Shown in pieces: positions 1-9,146 of a stretch of 64,000 nt of DNA. The number at the start of each line of letters is the position of its first letter. Within the stretch, counting starts at the first letter, position 1. A program made the translations under genes and the position numbers. The stretch comes from an uncultured Alistipes sp. GTDB taxonomy: Bacteria; Bacteroidota; Bacteroidia; Bacteroidales; Muribaculaceae. Under the pieces are notes generated by a model. It was not told the DNA's origin, ran no database searches, and worked only from the letters and a program-made list of their open reading frames with translations. Location of the stretch: positions 3,119 to 67,118 of the forward strand of contig CAZDWY010000009.1 in the NCBI GenBank assembly GCA_964509345.1. The letters run 5' to 3'.

Positions 1-103
1 ATTCTATATCATTTACTTCTACGTCGGCATCCTCAATAATAGGTTTTCTGCCAGCTTCTTCGCGGTCATAGTCGCGACATCTGTCGTTATTAATACGGTT
101 CAT
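1..103 (-). CDS. 5' end of an unidentified CDS running off the window edge (partial)
   Basis: An ATG at 103 on the minus strand opens a stop-free frame to position 1 (MNRINNDRCRDYDREEAGRKPIIEDADVEVNDIE...). It is too short to assign. Confidence 0.25.
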   Translation of the reverse strand, partial: MNRINNDRCRDYDREEAGRKPIIEDADVEVNDIE

Positions 104-233
104 ATGCTGTTATATTTTTGTCATTGTTTCTAAACAAAAGGAACATGCAAAAATTTTGCCAAATATTATTCTTCAAGTATATCGGCAACTTTTTGTCTGT
201 TTATAAAAACAACAAAAAAATACAGGTGAGTGT

Positions 234-1067
234 TTACAGAATTTTCGTGACGCATATGTCGCATCCCGAGAAATCTTCTGCCAATGAATCGGAAATATTG
301 TCAGTCATAAAAAATCCGTAAACAGCCGATCCACTTCCACTCATAGATGCATAAACCGCTCCTAATTCACAGAGTTTTTCCTTTATTTCAGCAACTTCAG
401 TAAAAGCGGGGAAAACTGACCGCTCGAAGTCGTTGACTATGTTCCGTTGCCATTTTTCTATGGGGAACTCTTTCAACCTGCTTTCAAGTGATTGGTGGGG
501 ACGTGTAGGGATAACGTTAGCGTAAGCCTCTCGCGTAGATACGTATACCGGCGGCTTTATTATTACTACGCGAAGAGATTCGGGCAGGTCAATATCCATA
601 GGTCTCATCTCTGTTCCAATACCTTCGCATAGCATGGGACGATTGTATATGAAGAATGGACAATCCGCTCCGATTGACGATGCTATGACGGCGATTTCTG
701 TGTCTGATGCAGTGGGAATATACATGTCGCGTATCATCTTTATTGTAAAGGCAGCATCTGCCGATCCCCCTCCCAGACCAGCACCATCGGGAATAATTTT
801 GTGAAGATACACTTCTAATGGGGGTAGAGGATATGACTTGCGCATTGCTATAATAGCTTTCATAACAAGATTGTTCTCCGGAGGGCAATTAACTGGGCGT
901 CCAGTCGTTGTCAGAATGTCTTCATAACCGGATTTGCGTGGTACTATTTCAAGAATGTCTGTCCAGCCGACCGGAGCCATCAGGGTCTGCAGATCGTGGT
1001 AACCGTCCGGTCTCTTTCTCAGTATATCGAGGCCGATATTTATTTTTGCGTTTGGGAAGGTTATCAT
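234..1067 (-). CDS. ispE: 4-diphosphocytidyl-2-C-methyl-D-erythritol kinase
   Basis: 277-aa ORF with the GHMP-kinase motif PDGAGLGGGSADAA. The N-terminus FPNAKINIGLDI and the length are typical of IspE. Confidence 0.9.
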   Translation of the reverse strand: MITFPNAKINIGLDILRKRPDGYHDLQTLMAPVGWTDILEIVPRKSGYEDILTTTGRPVNCPPENNLVMKAIIAMRKSYPLPPLEVYLHKIIPDGAGLGGGSADAAFTIKMIRDMYIPTASDTEIAVIASSIGADCPFFIYNRPMLCEGIGTEMRPMDIDLPESLRVVIIKPPVYVSTREAYANVIPTRPHQSLESRLKEFPIEKWQRNIVNDFERSVFPAFTEVAEIKEKLCELGAVYASMSGSGSAVYGFFMTDNISDSLAEDFSGCDICVTKIL

Positions 1068-1129
1068 TGATAGGTTGGTTGTGTTAAATGATCGGTTTAC
1101 AAAGTAACGCTAAAAAAATGAGAATAGGA

Positions 1130-1148
1130 AATGAAAAATTTTTTCATT
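1130..1148. repeat. 19-nt AT-rich perfect palindrome (aatgaaaaa-t-tttttcatt) just upstream of the ECF-type -35 element
   Basis: Read directly: 1130-1138 is the reverse complement of 1140-1148. It ends 5 nt before GCAAC at 1154. Its function (operator or weak hairpin) is unknown. Confidence 0.6.
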
Positions 1149-1153
1149 AACTT

Positions 1154-1183
1154 GCAACCTTTCCGGGGAGGGGATTCGTCTAA
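1154..1183 (+). promoter_or_regulatory. Candidate ECF-sigma-type promoter GCAAC-N18-CGTCTAA
   Basis: The AAC-containing -35 element and CGTC-containing -10 element resemble generic ECF promoters. It lies about 90 nt upstream of ATG 1274, the first gene of the operon that contains the ECF sigma gene. Near-identical motifs occur at 16022-16050 and 26971-26998. Confidence 0.4.
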
Positions 1184-1273
1184 GATGTGAATCTCTGACA
1201 AAGAGGATAAAACCACGGATAGAATCCGTTGAATATTTTAACTGATGAATATATAAATTTTACTTGCGACGAT

Positions 1274-2251
1274 ATGAAAAAAGTATTATTAACGATTGTA
1301 TGTGTGATTTTAGCGATTGTAGCATTTGCACAGGATCAAAATTCTGGTGGAAATGTTAATGTTACTTCTCCAGCAGTCTCGGTAGAGAGTCTGGATGGTG
1401 AGAATCTACATGTAACAGTTGATTCTGTTGCTGCTACTCTTCAAGTAGTTAATGCTGATCCTGTGGATTTTGATACTCCGATATTCGTTTCTGTGCCTGA
1501 CGACGGTGCTGAATTTATCCTCTATAAGGGAGCTGCATATAGCATTTCGGAAAATGTTCCGAATGGTTTCTTCGATCTTTTCAACCAGACGCAGGAGAAT
1601 AATTTCGACAAAGATAAAGTGCGCCAGATTACTAAGGTTATAGCTTTGGCTGTAGCATTTATAGTACCATGTTTTACAATAGTGATAGTGCTTATCTGTC
1701 TTCTCGTATTCTGGCTGAAGCGTTCAAAATCGAAAAACGCCATAATCGCCAAGGCAATAGAGGCGGGTTACGATTTGCCTGACGCGTTTTATACAGGTCA
1801 ATCTTCGCAGTCTTCGGTTTTTATGGACTCTAACGCTAATATGGGAAATAATAGTATGGACGTAGACAATGGTCAGTCTTCACGTGCTCCTTTTACTCCA
1901 ATTCCTGTAGGTGCACGCGATCCCAAGATGTTTACTTCTTCTGTTTCACTGGTTGCTGTCGGGTTGTCACTGCTTCTGTTCTTCTGTTCTAATGGTCATG
2001 AAGGGGTAGGATTTCTATGTGGAGGTATACCGCTCTTCCTCGGTATTGGACGACTGATTGCATATCTGTATATTCCTGGTGCACGCGACAACCGTTCGCG
2101 CAAAGGTCAGCCCATGCCTCCTCGGCCACCCTATGGAAATGCACAGCCGCAGAATTTCTCTCCCCGTCATTTCGACAACGTATGTCCGCCTCCCACTCCT
2201 GGTAATAATGGCTCTGCTCCGATGAATGATAATAATCACCCGGTCCAGTAA
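1274..2251 (+). CDS. Polytopic membrane protein with a signal peptide and a Pro-rich C-terminal tail (hypothetical)
   Basis: The tracked ORF 1229-2251 starts at TTG. The internal ATG at 1274 gives the signal-peptide-like start MKKVLLTIVCVILAIVAFAQ. Hydrophobic segments include IALAVAFIVPCFTIVIVLICLLVFWL and LVAVGLSLLLFF...GIPLFLGIGRLIAYLYI. The tail PMPPRPPYGNAQPQNFSP...PPPTPGNN is proline-rich. Confidence 0.6.
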   Translation: MKKVLLTIVCVILAIVAFAQDQNSGGNVNVTSPAVSVESLDGENLHVTVDSVAATLQVVNADPVDFDTPIFVSVPDDGAEFILYKGAAYSISENVPNGFFDLFNQTQENNFDKDKVRQITKVIALAVAFIVPCFTIVIVLICLLVFWLKRSKSKNAIIAKAIEAGYDLPDAFYTGQSSQSSVFMDSNANMGNNSMDVDNGQSSRAPFTPIPVGARDPKMFTSSVSLVAVGLSLLLFFCSNGHEGVGFLCGGIPLFLGIGRLIAYLYIPGARDNRSRKGQPMPPRPPYGNAQPQNFSPRHFDNVCPPPTPGNNGSAPMNDNNHPVQ

Positions 2252-2310
2252 GCTTCCCTTACCAAAGATAATTCAAGCTAAAACGTTCCGAACCACTAAA
2301 ATCATTCACA

Positions 2311-2847
2311 TTGACCAAGCTGGAAGAAATGAAGCTTTTGGCGCTCTGTGCAGCCGCTGATAACCGCGAAGCTTTTTCGCGGTTGGTGGCTGCATATGAG
2401 GATAATCTCAGGCGTTTTCTTTTGAACCTCTGCGGCGGCAATGTATCTTTGGTGGATGATCTTGCACAGGAGACTTTTATAAAGGCTTGGTTAGGTATCC
2501 GTGCCTTCAAAGGATTGTCCGGTTTTAAAACATGGCTTTTCAGAATTGCAGTCAACGAGTTTGTGAGTTATCGTCGCAAACAGTTTCCCGAACCGTTAAC
2601 TGACAGCAGTTATGGACATTCTGAGATGAGATGTGCATCAACTCATGTTCAAATTGAGAATAAGATGGATATTTCGATAGCTCTGTCATATCTTTCTGAA
2701 GATGAAAGGATCGTAGTATTACTTTTTTATCTCGAGGATCTGCCTATTAAAAAAATTTGTAATATTACTGGTATGCCTGAAGGCACAGTTAAGTCTCATC
2801 TCAGTCGTGGACGGGCACATCTCATACATTTTTTTAAGAATAATTGA
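2311..2847 (+). CDS. RNA polymerase ECF-type sigma-70 factor
   Basis: Region-2-like sequence DDLAQETFIKAWLGIRAFKG...FKTWLFRIAVNEF and region-4 sequence LSEDERIVVLLFYLEDLPIKKICNITGMPEGTVKSHLSRGRAHL. The tracked start is TTG at 2311, with an alternative ATG at 2329. Confidence 0.9.
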   Translation: MTKLEEMKLLALCAAADNREAFSRLVAAYEDNLRRFLLNLCGGNVSLVDDLAQETFIKAWLGIRAFKGLSGFKTWLFRIAVNEFVSYRRKQFPEPLTDSSYGHSEMRCASTHVQIENKMDISIALSYLSEDERIVVLLFYLEDLPIKKICNITGMPEGTVKSHLSRGRAHLIHFFKNN

Positions 2848-3179
2848 TAATGAAAAAGAATATAGATAAATTTACCGATGAGTACATTCGCGAACTGATG
2901 CATGCGAATGCCGACTCTGCTCCGGTTAATCCCTGGTTTGTAAGGAAGGTAATGAACCGCTTGCCTGATAAACCGTTTGGCAGGAAAAAATCAGCAGCGG
3001 AAATTATTTGTTATATATTAGGTATAATTGCATTGATTGGAGCATGGGCTTATTCTGTTAATATAACAGTGACGGATGGTTTAACAGTCTATACAATAGC
3101 AACTTCTGGTATTTTGACATTTCTTACTCTATTTTGTATTGGGGTTTTTGCTCTACCTGTGGTGAAACGTGGATTATGA
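2844..3179 (+). CDS. Small membrane protein, putative anti-sigma factor
   Basis: Its ATG overlaps the sigma stop codon (ATGA), indicating translational coupling. A cytoplasmic N-terminus of about 50 aa is followed by two hydrophobic helices. The role is assigned from position and topology only. Confidence 0.5.
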   Translation: MIMKKNIDKFTDEYIRELMHANADSAPVNPWFVRKVMNRLPDKPFGRKKSAAEIICYILGIIALIGAWAYSVNITVTDGLTVYTIATSGILTFLTLFCIGVFALPVVKRGL

Positions 3180-3215
3180 TGACAACGCTCATTTAATACG
3201 AGATGTTTAGGATTT

Positions 3216-3243
3216 AAATTCGTAAATTTGTACACGAATTTTT
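3216..3243 (+). terminator. Weak AT-rich hairpin plus T-run after the sigma/anti-sigma operon
   Basis: aaattcgt (3216-3223) pairs with acgaattt (3234-3241) and runs into ttttt. The stem has only 2 GC pairs, so this is weak. Confidence 0.3.
3223..3230 (+). promoter_or_regulatory. Bacteroidetes-type -7 box TAAATTTG
   Basis: Matches the TAnnTTTG consensus described for the Bacteroides primary sigma factor. It lies 36 nt upstream of the MATE gene ATG at 3266. Confidence 0.4.
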
Positions 3244-3265
3244 ATTACCTATACCTATATATATC

Positions 3266-4594
3266 ATGTTGCGACGTTGTCTGTCGATACTTCGGCTTGC
3301 CCTTCCTGTGCTTGTGTCTCAGGTGGGTCTTATTGTCGTTAGTTTTGCCGATAATATTATGGTGGGGCGTTATTCGACTGAGGCGCTTGCATCTGCATCT
3401 TTCGTTATAAATATGTTTAATGTACCCATGCTTTGTGGTATGGGTTTTTCATATGGTCTTACCCCCCTTATCGGGGCTTTATTTTCAAAAAGAGATTTGG
3501 CTGGGATTGGGTTGACCTTACGCGCCGGAGTGATAGCCAATCTTATCGCTGGAGTTATTCTAACTCTAATTATGGCAGGGCTTTATTTCTATCTGCCATA
3601 TATGGGTCAACCCCAGGAGCTGTTGCCGATTATCCGGCCTTTCTTTCTAATATATCTTGCATCGTTATTGCCCATGACGCTTTTTAATGCGTTTGCACAA
3701 TGGAGTTATGCAGTCAGAAATACTTCCATGCCTATGTGGATACTTCTTGCATGTAATGGTGTTAATGTTTTGGGGAACTATATTTTGATATTCGGTAATT
3801 GGGGGGCGCCCGAAATGGGATTAACGGGGGCTGGGCTTTCAACTCTCATAGCGAGAATTTTAGCTCCGGCAGTAATATTATATGTATTTTTGAGGGGTAA
3901 TAGCGGTGCGCCATATCGAAAGGATTTCTTGGTAGCACCCGTGCACGGAGAGATAAGTGGGGTTATCAGAAAGGTTGTTAAAACTTCATGGCCAGTAGCG
4001 TTACAGATGACCTTTGAGACATCTGCATTTTCATTATGTGCTGTTCTTGCAGGATGGCTTGGAACAATACCGTTGGCTGCATTTCAGATAATTGTGGTTA
4101 TTGGAACATTGGGCTTCTGTATATATTATAGCATCGGAACGGCAATAGCGGTTCTGGTTTCAAATGAGAGCGGTAATAATACTGAAAGCTTTCACAGTTG
4201 TAGGAGAGTAGCTTTTGATGGATATGTAGTAATGCTCTGTTTCGCGGTATTATCTTCTCTGATATTTGTGTTTGGAGGTAAAACGTTGATGGGTGTATTT
4301 ACTGAAGACATGGCTGTACTCACTTTGGCATCGACACTTATATTTCCACTTGTGCTTTATCAGTTGGGAGATGCAACTCAGGTAACGTTCGCTAATGCAC
4401 TTAGGGGTACATCGCATGTGATGCCGATGTTATGGATTGCATTTGTAAGTTATGCCATAGTCGGGATTACCTCTTCGTGGATTCTGGCATTTCCGTGCAG
4501 ATTGGGGGTATATGGTATTGTCTTAAGCTTTTCTGTGTCATTGTTTCTTGCTGCAGTTCTGTTCTTGAGGTCTTTTCTGAGAGTAACAAGATAA
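3266..4594 (+). CDS. MATE family efflux transporter
   Basis: 442 aa and about 12 hydrophobic helices. The N-terminus LALPVLVSQVGLIVVSFADNIMVGR is typical of the MatE domain. Confidence 0.85.
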   Translation: MLRRCLSILRLALPVLVSQVGLIVVSFADNIMVGRYSTEALASASFVINMFNVPMLCGMGFSYGLTPLIGALFSKRDLAGIGLTLRAGVIANLIAGVILTLIMAGLYFYLPYMGQPQELLPIIRPFFLIYLASLLPMTLFNAFAQWSYAVRNTSMPMWILLACNGVNVLGNYILIFGNWGAPEMGLTGAGLSTLIARILAPAVILYVFLRGNSGAPYRKDFLVAPVHGEISGVIRKVVKTSWPVALQMTFETSAFSLCAVLAGWLGTIPLAAFQIIVVIGTLGFCIYYSIGTAIAVLVSNESGNNTESFHSCRRVAFDGYVVMLCFAVLSSLIFVFGGKTLMGVFTEDMAVLTLASTLIFPLVLYQLGDATQVTFANALRGTSHVMPMLWIAFVSYAIVGITSSWILAFPCRLGVYGIVLSFSVSLFLAAVLFLRSFLRVTR

Positions 4595-4602
4595 AACGGT
4601 TA

Positions 4603-5595
4603 TCATGTAGGAAACTCGTTGCAGATAGAATCACACCAGTTGTCGAAATCTGGATCTATTATCTGCAGTTCACGATGTGTGAGAATGTGGTTTGTTGCTG
4701 CACTCAGACCTTGTGCCATGCTGACTGTACAAAGAAACTCCGGGACAGCATGTTTGATTTTTGTATTATCAAAAATGACAGAATTGGCTTTATCTCCTAA
4801 CAAAGTACCTCTGAAATCATAAGGTCCGGCATGGGCGGCAATGTAGTCGGTTGGAACATGGAGTGGGTGGAGTTCTTTTCCACAAGTACGAGCAATCACC
4901 GAGTATATCTGATTCCACGTCATAACCTCATCAGATGTAATATGATAAGCTTGTCCTATGGCATGGGGATTTCCCATCAATCCAACAAATCCTTTTGCAA
5001 AATCAGATGAGTGGGTTAGAGTCCAAAGTGAAGTTCCGTCGCCTGGAATTATTACAGGCTTGTCTTTTAGAATTCTTCGGACAGTTTGCCAAACGCCTTT
5101 GTTCCCATGGATAGCAAATACCGGTTTAGTCCCATCGTAAGTATGGCTCGGACGCACAATAGTGGCAGGAAAACCGTTTTCTCGGTATGCCTTTGTCAAT
5201 AATTCTTCAGCTTCAATCTTTTTGCGTGAATATTCCCAATACGGATTTTTAAGTGGCGTACTTTCTGTAATAGGATATCCGGAGAGTGGTTTCTGGTAGG
5301 CAGATGCACTGCTAATGAAAATATATTGATCAGTATGGTCAGAAAACATCCGGATGTCGCGTGTCACATCTTCTGGTCCATAGGCAATGAACTGTGCCAC
5401 AACATCAAATTTCATACCGCATATTGCTGATGCGACAGTTTCTTCATCATATATATCTGCGATAATACTGTTTATTCCAGATGGAAGCGGTCTTTTACCA
5501 CGATTCAATACATATAATTCCCATCCTTTGTTTAGCGCCAGTTTTACTACTGACGCGCTTATTGTTCCTGTACCTCCAATAACTAATGCTTTCAT
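4603..5595 (-). CDS. NAD-dependent epimerase/dehydratase family (SDR) protein
   Basis: Rossmann motif MKALVIGGTGTISASV at the N-terminus; 330 aa. The substrate cannot be assigned. Confidence 0.8.
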   Translation of the reverse strand: MKALVIGGTGTISASVVKLALNKGWELYVLNRGKRPLPSGINSIIADIYDEETVASAICGMKFDVVAQFIAYGPEDVTRDIRMFSDHTDQYIFISSASAYQKPLSGYPITESTPLKNPYWEYSRKKIEAEELLTKAYRENGFPATIVRPSHTYDGTKPVFAIHGNKGVWQTVRRILKDKPVIIPGDGTSLWTLTHSSDFAKGFVGLMGNPHAIGQAYHITSDEVMTWNQIYSVIARTCGKELHPLHVPTDYIAAHAGPYDFRGTLLGDKANSVIFDNTKIKHAVPEFLCTVSMAQGLSAATNHILTHRELQIIDPDFDNWCDSICNEFPT

Positions 5596-5713
5596 GTGTA
5601 GTGCATATTATGTATGAATAACGAGTAGTTATCATAATAAAGTGTATTCGGCAAGGTAAAAATTTCAGATAAAATTTTCTCCTTCATAGTCTCCCTAATA
5701 TAGAAAAACTGAC

Positions 5714-5721
5714 TATCTTTG
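5714..5721 (+). promoter_or_regulatory. -7 box TATCTTTG
   Basis: TAnnTTTG match 65 nt upstream of the glnS ATG. Confidence 0.45.
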
Positions 5722-5785
5722 TACATTAAATTTGTTGCGGCCGTAAGGGTTTGCAATTTGCAATGTCAATAAACAAACTGATAAT

Positions 5786-7504
5786 ATGGCAGAGATTATC
5801 GAGAAGGAGGAAACCAGAGAAAATTCAAAAGGTTTGAACTTCGTGGAACAGATTGTGGCAGACGATCTTGCCGCAGGAAAAAACGGTGGACGACTGAATA
5901 CCCGTTTCCCGCCGGAACCTAACGGCTATCTTCATATAGGTCATGCCAAGGCCATTTGCATGGACTTCGGGGTCGCTGAGAAGTTCGGCGGAACCTGTAA
6001 CCTGCGTTTTGATGATACCAATCCTATCAAAGAAGATACGGAATACGTAGATGCAATCCGCGAAGATATCCATTGGCTTGGATTTGACTGGGGTAATAGA
6101 GAATATTATGCATCAGATTACTTTCCTCAGCTGTATGATCTGGCAATCAAACTTATAAAGGAGGGCAAAGCATATGTTGACGATCAGACATCTGAACAGA
6201 TAGCCGCTCAGAAGGGTACGCCGACAACTCCGGGCACAGATAGCCCGTATCGTAGTCGCACACCCGAGGAAAACCTTGATCTGTTTGAACGTATGAATGC
6301 AGGTGAGTTTGAAGAGGGGAGTCGTGTGCTTCGTGCACGTATTGATATGGCATCGCCGAACATGCATTTCCGCGATCCTATTATGTACCGCATTATTAAA
6401 TATCCTCATCATCGGACAGGTACGACCTGGAATGTATATCCGATGTATGATTTCGCACATGGGCAAAGTGACTATTTCGAGGGCGTGACACACTCGATAT
6501 GTACGCTTGAATTTGTTCCTCATCGTCCGCTGTATGATTATTTCGTACGTGAGCTTGCTGATCCGGCTGTCTACTGCCCCCGTCAGATTGAGTTTAATCG
6601 GTTGAATCTTACCTATACAGTAATGAGCAAGCGAAAGCTGCTTCAGCTTGTAAAGGAAGGTCTTGTCGCCGGGTGGGATGATCCCCGTATGCCGACTATC
6701 TCCGGAATGCGTCGCCGAGGTTTTACTCCAAAATCTATACGCAATTTCATTGACCGTATCGGTTATACCAAGATAGAAGAGGCAATGATAAGTGTATCTC
6801 TTCTGGAGCATGCGGTGCGCGAAGATCTTAATGCCATTGCTACTCGAGCAATGGCTGTCATGAATCCTGTAAAGGTAATCATAACTAATTATCCTGAAGG
6901 GAAAACTGAGATGGTTGAGATGGAGAATAATCCAGAAGATCCGACAACAGGGACTCATGCAATGCCTTTCAGCCGTGAGCTCTATATAGAGCGTGACGAT
7001 TTTATGGAAAATCCTCCGAAGAAATTCTTCCGTCTTGCTCCTGACTCAGAGGTCCGTTTGAAAGGTGCCTATATAGTAAAATGCACCGGAGTAAAGAAGA
7101 ATGAAGAAACCGGTGAAATTGAAGAAATATACTGCACATATGATCCTGAAAGCCGAAGCGGTATGCCGGGCGCATCGCGTAAGGTAAAAGGAACTCTCCA
7201 TTGGGTATCAGCTCCTACGGCTAAAGATGCCACGGTTCGTTTGTATGATAGGTTGTTCTCAGTGGAAAATCCATCAGCTGAGGCTGATAAGGATTTCCGT
7301 GAGTTGCTAAATCCTGATTCGCTTGTAGAATTGCGAGGGGTAAAGGTAGAGCCTTTCATTGCAGAGATGGCATCTCAGGGTACTAAATTTCAGTTCCAGC
7401 GTGTGGGATATTTTACTCCTGATTATGATTCCACTTCAGACAATCTGATCTTTAACCGGACTATTGCTCTAAAAGACAGTTGGGAAAAAGCTCAGAAAAA
7501 ATAA
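5786..7504 (+). CDS. glnS: Glutamine--tRNA ligase
   Basis: Class I HIGH motif PEPNGYLHIGHAKA and KMSKS-type motif VMSKRKL. The 572-aa length and C-terminal anticodon-binding region are typical of GlnRS. Confidence 0.95.
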   Translation: MAEIIEKEETRENSKGLNFVEQIVADDLAAGKNGGRLNTRFPPEPNGYLHIGHAKAICMDFGVAEKFGGTCNLRFDDTNPIKEDTEYVDAIREDIHWLGFDWGNREYYASDYFPQLYDLAIKLIKEGKAYVDDQTSEQIAAQKGTPTTPGTDSPYRSRTPEENLDLFERMNAGEFEEGSRVLRARIDMASPNMHFRDPIMYRIIKYPHHRTGTTWNVYPMYDFAHGQSDYFEGVTHSICTLEFVPHRPLYDYFVRELADPAVYCPRQIEFNRLNLTYTVMSKRKLLQLVKEGLVAGWDDPRMPTISGMRRRGFTPKSIRNFIDRIGYTKIEEAMISVSLLEHAVREDLNAIATRAMAVMNPVKVIITNYPEGKTEMVEMENNPEDPTTGTHAMPFSRELYIERDDFMENPPKKFFRLAPDSEVRLKGAYIVKCTGVKKNEETGEIEEIYCTYDPESRSGMPGASRKVKGTLHWVSAPTAKDATVRLYDRLFSVENPSAEADKDFRELLNPDSLVELRGVKVEPFIAEMASQGTKFQFQRVGYFTPDYDSTSDNLIFNRTIALKDSWEKAQKK

Positions 7505-7535
7505 CATAAATCAGAGTAAATATTTATCTGTATAA

Positions 7536-7588
7536 CGACAGATGGATGCGGGATGATCCTGACATCCACCTGTCGCTTTTAAAATTTT
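7536..7588 (+). terminator. Intrinsic terminator after glnS
   Basis: cgacagatggatg (7536-7548) pairs with catccacctgtcg (7563-7575) with 1 mismatch, followed by cttttaaaatttt. Confidence 0.6.
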
Positions 7589-7628
7589 ATACGGTCAATA
7601 TAGACCGGGAATAATATAGCAACAATTC

Positions 7629-9104
7629 ATGCCCCAGAGCGACGAACAATACATGCGTGAACTTTATCGGCGGTTTCTTGCAGATGTAATGAACAATAAC
7701 AATTCGGAATTCTATGAAAAGGACGAATTGCTTGACATCTATGACTATGCACAAGATGAAGGCGATGATATGGTTCAGCTATATGTGCTCCTTGTGGGAG
7801 CCAGATTATATCCTGATAGTAATTTTCTTGATGAAAGGAAGGCCTTCTTTCTGTCGTCTGTAAACGATCAGTCAGCCCGAAGAATGTTTGATCGCAAAGG
7901 TAGAAAAGATAGCGCTTTGTGGGGAGTTCTGGATCTTGCTCTTAAAAACTATCCAGACGGAAATCCTGAAGAGGATCTGACAGAGCTTTTAGCTTCAGGT
8001 GAAAAATTCAGTTGCGAAGCAATTATCAGATTAATTGATACACTGCATGATTTAGGGCGTGATGATCTCATTGCTGAAAATGTACATATCATAGCAGAAA
8101 GAACTGATTTCCGGGAGCTTCTCTATTTTGAGGTTGTGGAAACTCTTCTGCATAATGACGATTATCTGGTGTTAGCCCGTGAACTAGCTGAAGAACTTAC
8201 CCGTGCGGAGCCTTTCAATGCTGACAATTGGGTGCAACTCTCCAAAGCTGAATTCGCGTTGGAACATTTTGGAGAAGCTGCGATGAGCGCTGATTATGCG
8301 TTAGCTATTGATCCAAAAGGATTACATGGGCGTCTTATGAAGGGGCTTGCGATGGGCGCGGACACAGAAACCCGTTCCGAAGCAATCGGGCTTTTATTGG
8401 ATGTATTGAAGGATGAGCCGGGTAACTCCCTTGCCGTAAAAGCGCTCGCTGAAGCATATAGAGCTATTGGGAAGACGGAAGCTGCACTTGAGGTTTTTCG
8501 TGAATTTATGGCTTCAGATGAGACCAATTCATATGTAATTCTCGATGTGCTAAAACTGCATCCAGATGATCCGGTCCCGTATATTGAAGTATTTGCACGT
8601 CATACCGGAACTGACGAGAGAAAATGGCTTGAGGTTGCAGCCCAGCTTGCAAACGAACAGGAACTGGAAGGTGCGCTTGATCTGCTTGATTATTATCATA
8701 CTTCATTCGTTCTAAAGGAGGGGATGGAGTATTATCTCAGACTAACGTATGAGGCTCGTCGATATGAAAGAGTGCTCGAGGTATTTGACTGGTGTCTGCA
8801 ACAGTCACAACTTCCAGGGGGAGCACACTATGGCTTTTCACCGCTTTGCTATCTGCTGGTGGCCGGAGCTAATCTGATGACCGGAAACTATCGCGATGCT
8901 GTAGAAATTTCTGATGCGCTTCTTGCTCAAGAGCCTCAAATAAGCGATTTTGATGATATTATGCGATGGCGTGGAATTAAGGTAACGTTCAAATATATTA
9001 GCGAACTTGCATCTCATCCCGATCGAATATCTCTTCTGAATCCACGCGATCCGTTAACAGATATTCTTCCCCGAGAATTTTTTACATCTTTAGGTGTTGA
9101 GTGA
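7629..9104 (+). CDS. Acidic TPR-like repeat protein (hypothetical)
   Basis: 491-aa helical, Asp/Glu-rich ORF with TPR-like stretches (e.g. AEFALEHFGEAAMSADYALAIDPKG). No catalytic motifs seen. Confidence 0.55.
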   Translation: MPQSDEQYMRELYRRFLADVMNNNNSEFYEKDELLDIYDYAQDEGDDMVQLYVLLVGARLYPDSNFLDERKAFFLSSVNDQSARRMFDRKGRKDSALWGVLDLALKNYPDGNPEEDLTELLASGEKFSCEAIIRLIDTLHDLGRDDLIAENVHIIAERTDFRELLYFEVVETLLHNDDYLVLARELAEELTRAEPFNADNWVQLSKAEFALEHFGEAAMSADYALAIDPKGLHGRLMKGLAMGADTETRSEAIGLLLDVLKDEPGNSLAVKALAEAYRAIGKTEAALEVFREFMASDETNSYVILDVLKLHPDDPVPYIEVFARHTGTDERKWLEVAAQLANEQELEGALDLLDYYHTSFVLKEGMEYYLRLTYEARRYERVLEVFDWCLQQSQLPGGAHYGFSPLCYLLVAGANLMTGNYRDAVEISDALLAQEPQISDFDDIMRWRGIKVTFKYISELASHPDRISLLNPRDPLTDILPREFFTSLGVE

Positions 9105-9146
9105 TAGTATTGATTTTTATTTGAGTAATAATTATAGTTTGCAATC

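Noticed and set aside
118-321. A 67-aa plus-strand ORF overlapping the 3' end of ispE.
   Set aside because: It has low-complexity Lys/Asn/Phe-rich composition and overlaps the conserved IspE C-terminus, so it is probably spurious.
6113-6958. A 281-aa stop-free ORF antisense to glnS. It is unusually long for a shadow ORF and recalls sense/antisense ideas about aminoacyl-tRNA synthetase origins.
   Set aside because: The translation is Cys/His/Arg/Ile-rich with no motifs, no plausible start context and no independent promoter or terminator. It overlaps a very well supported GlnRS frame. Long antisense frames arise readily from codon-usage constraints.
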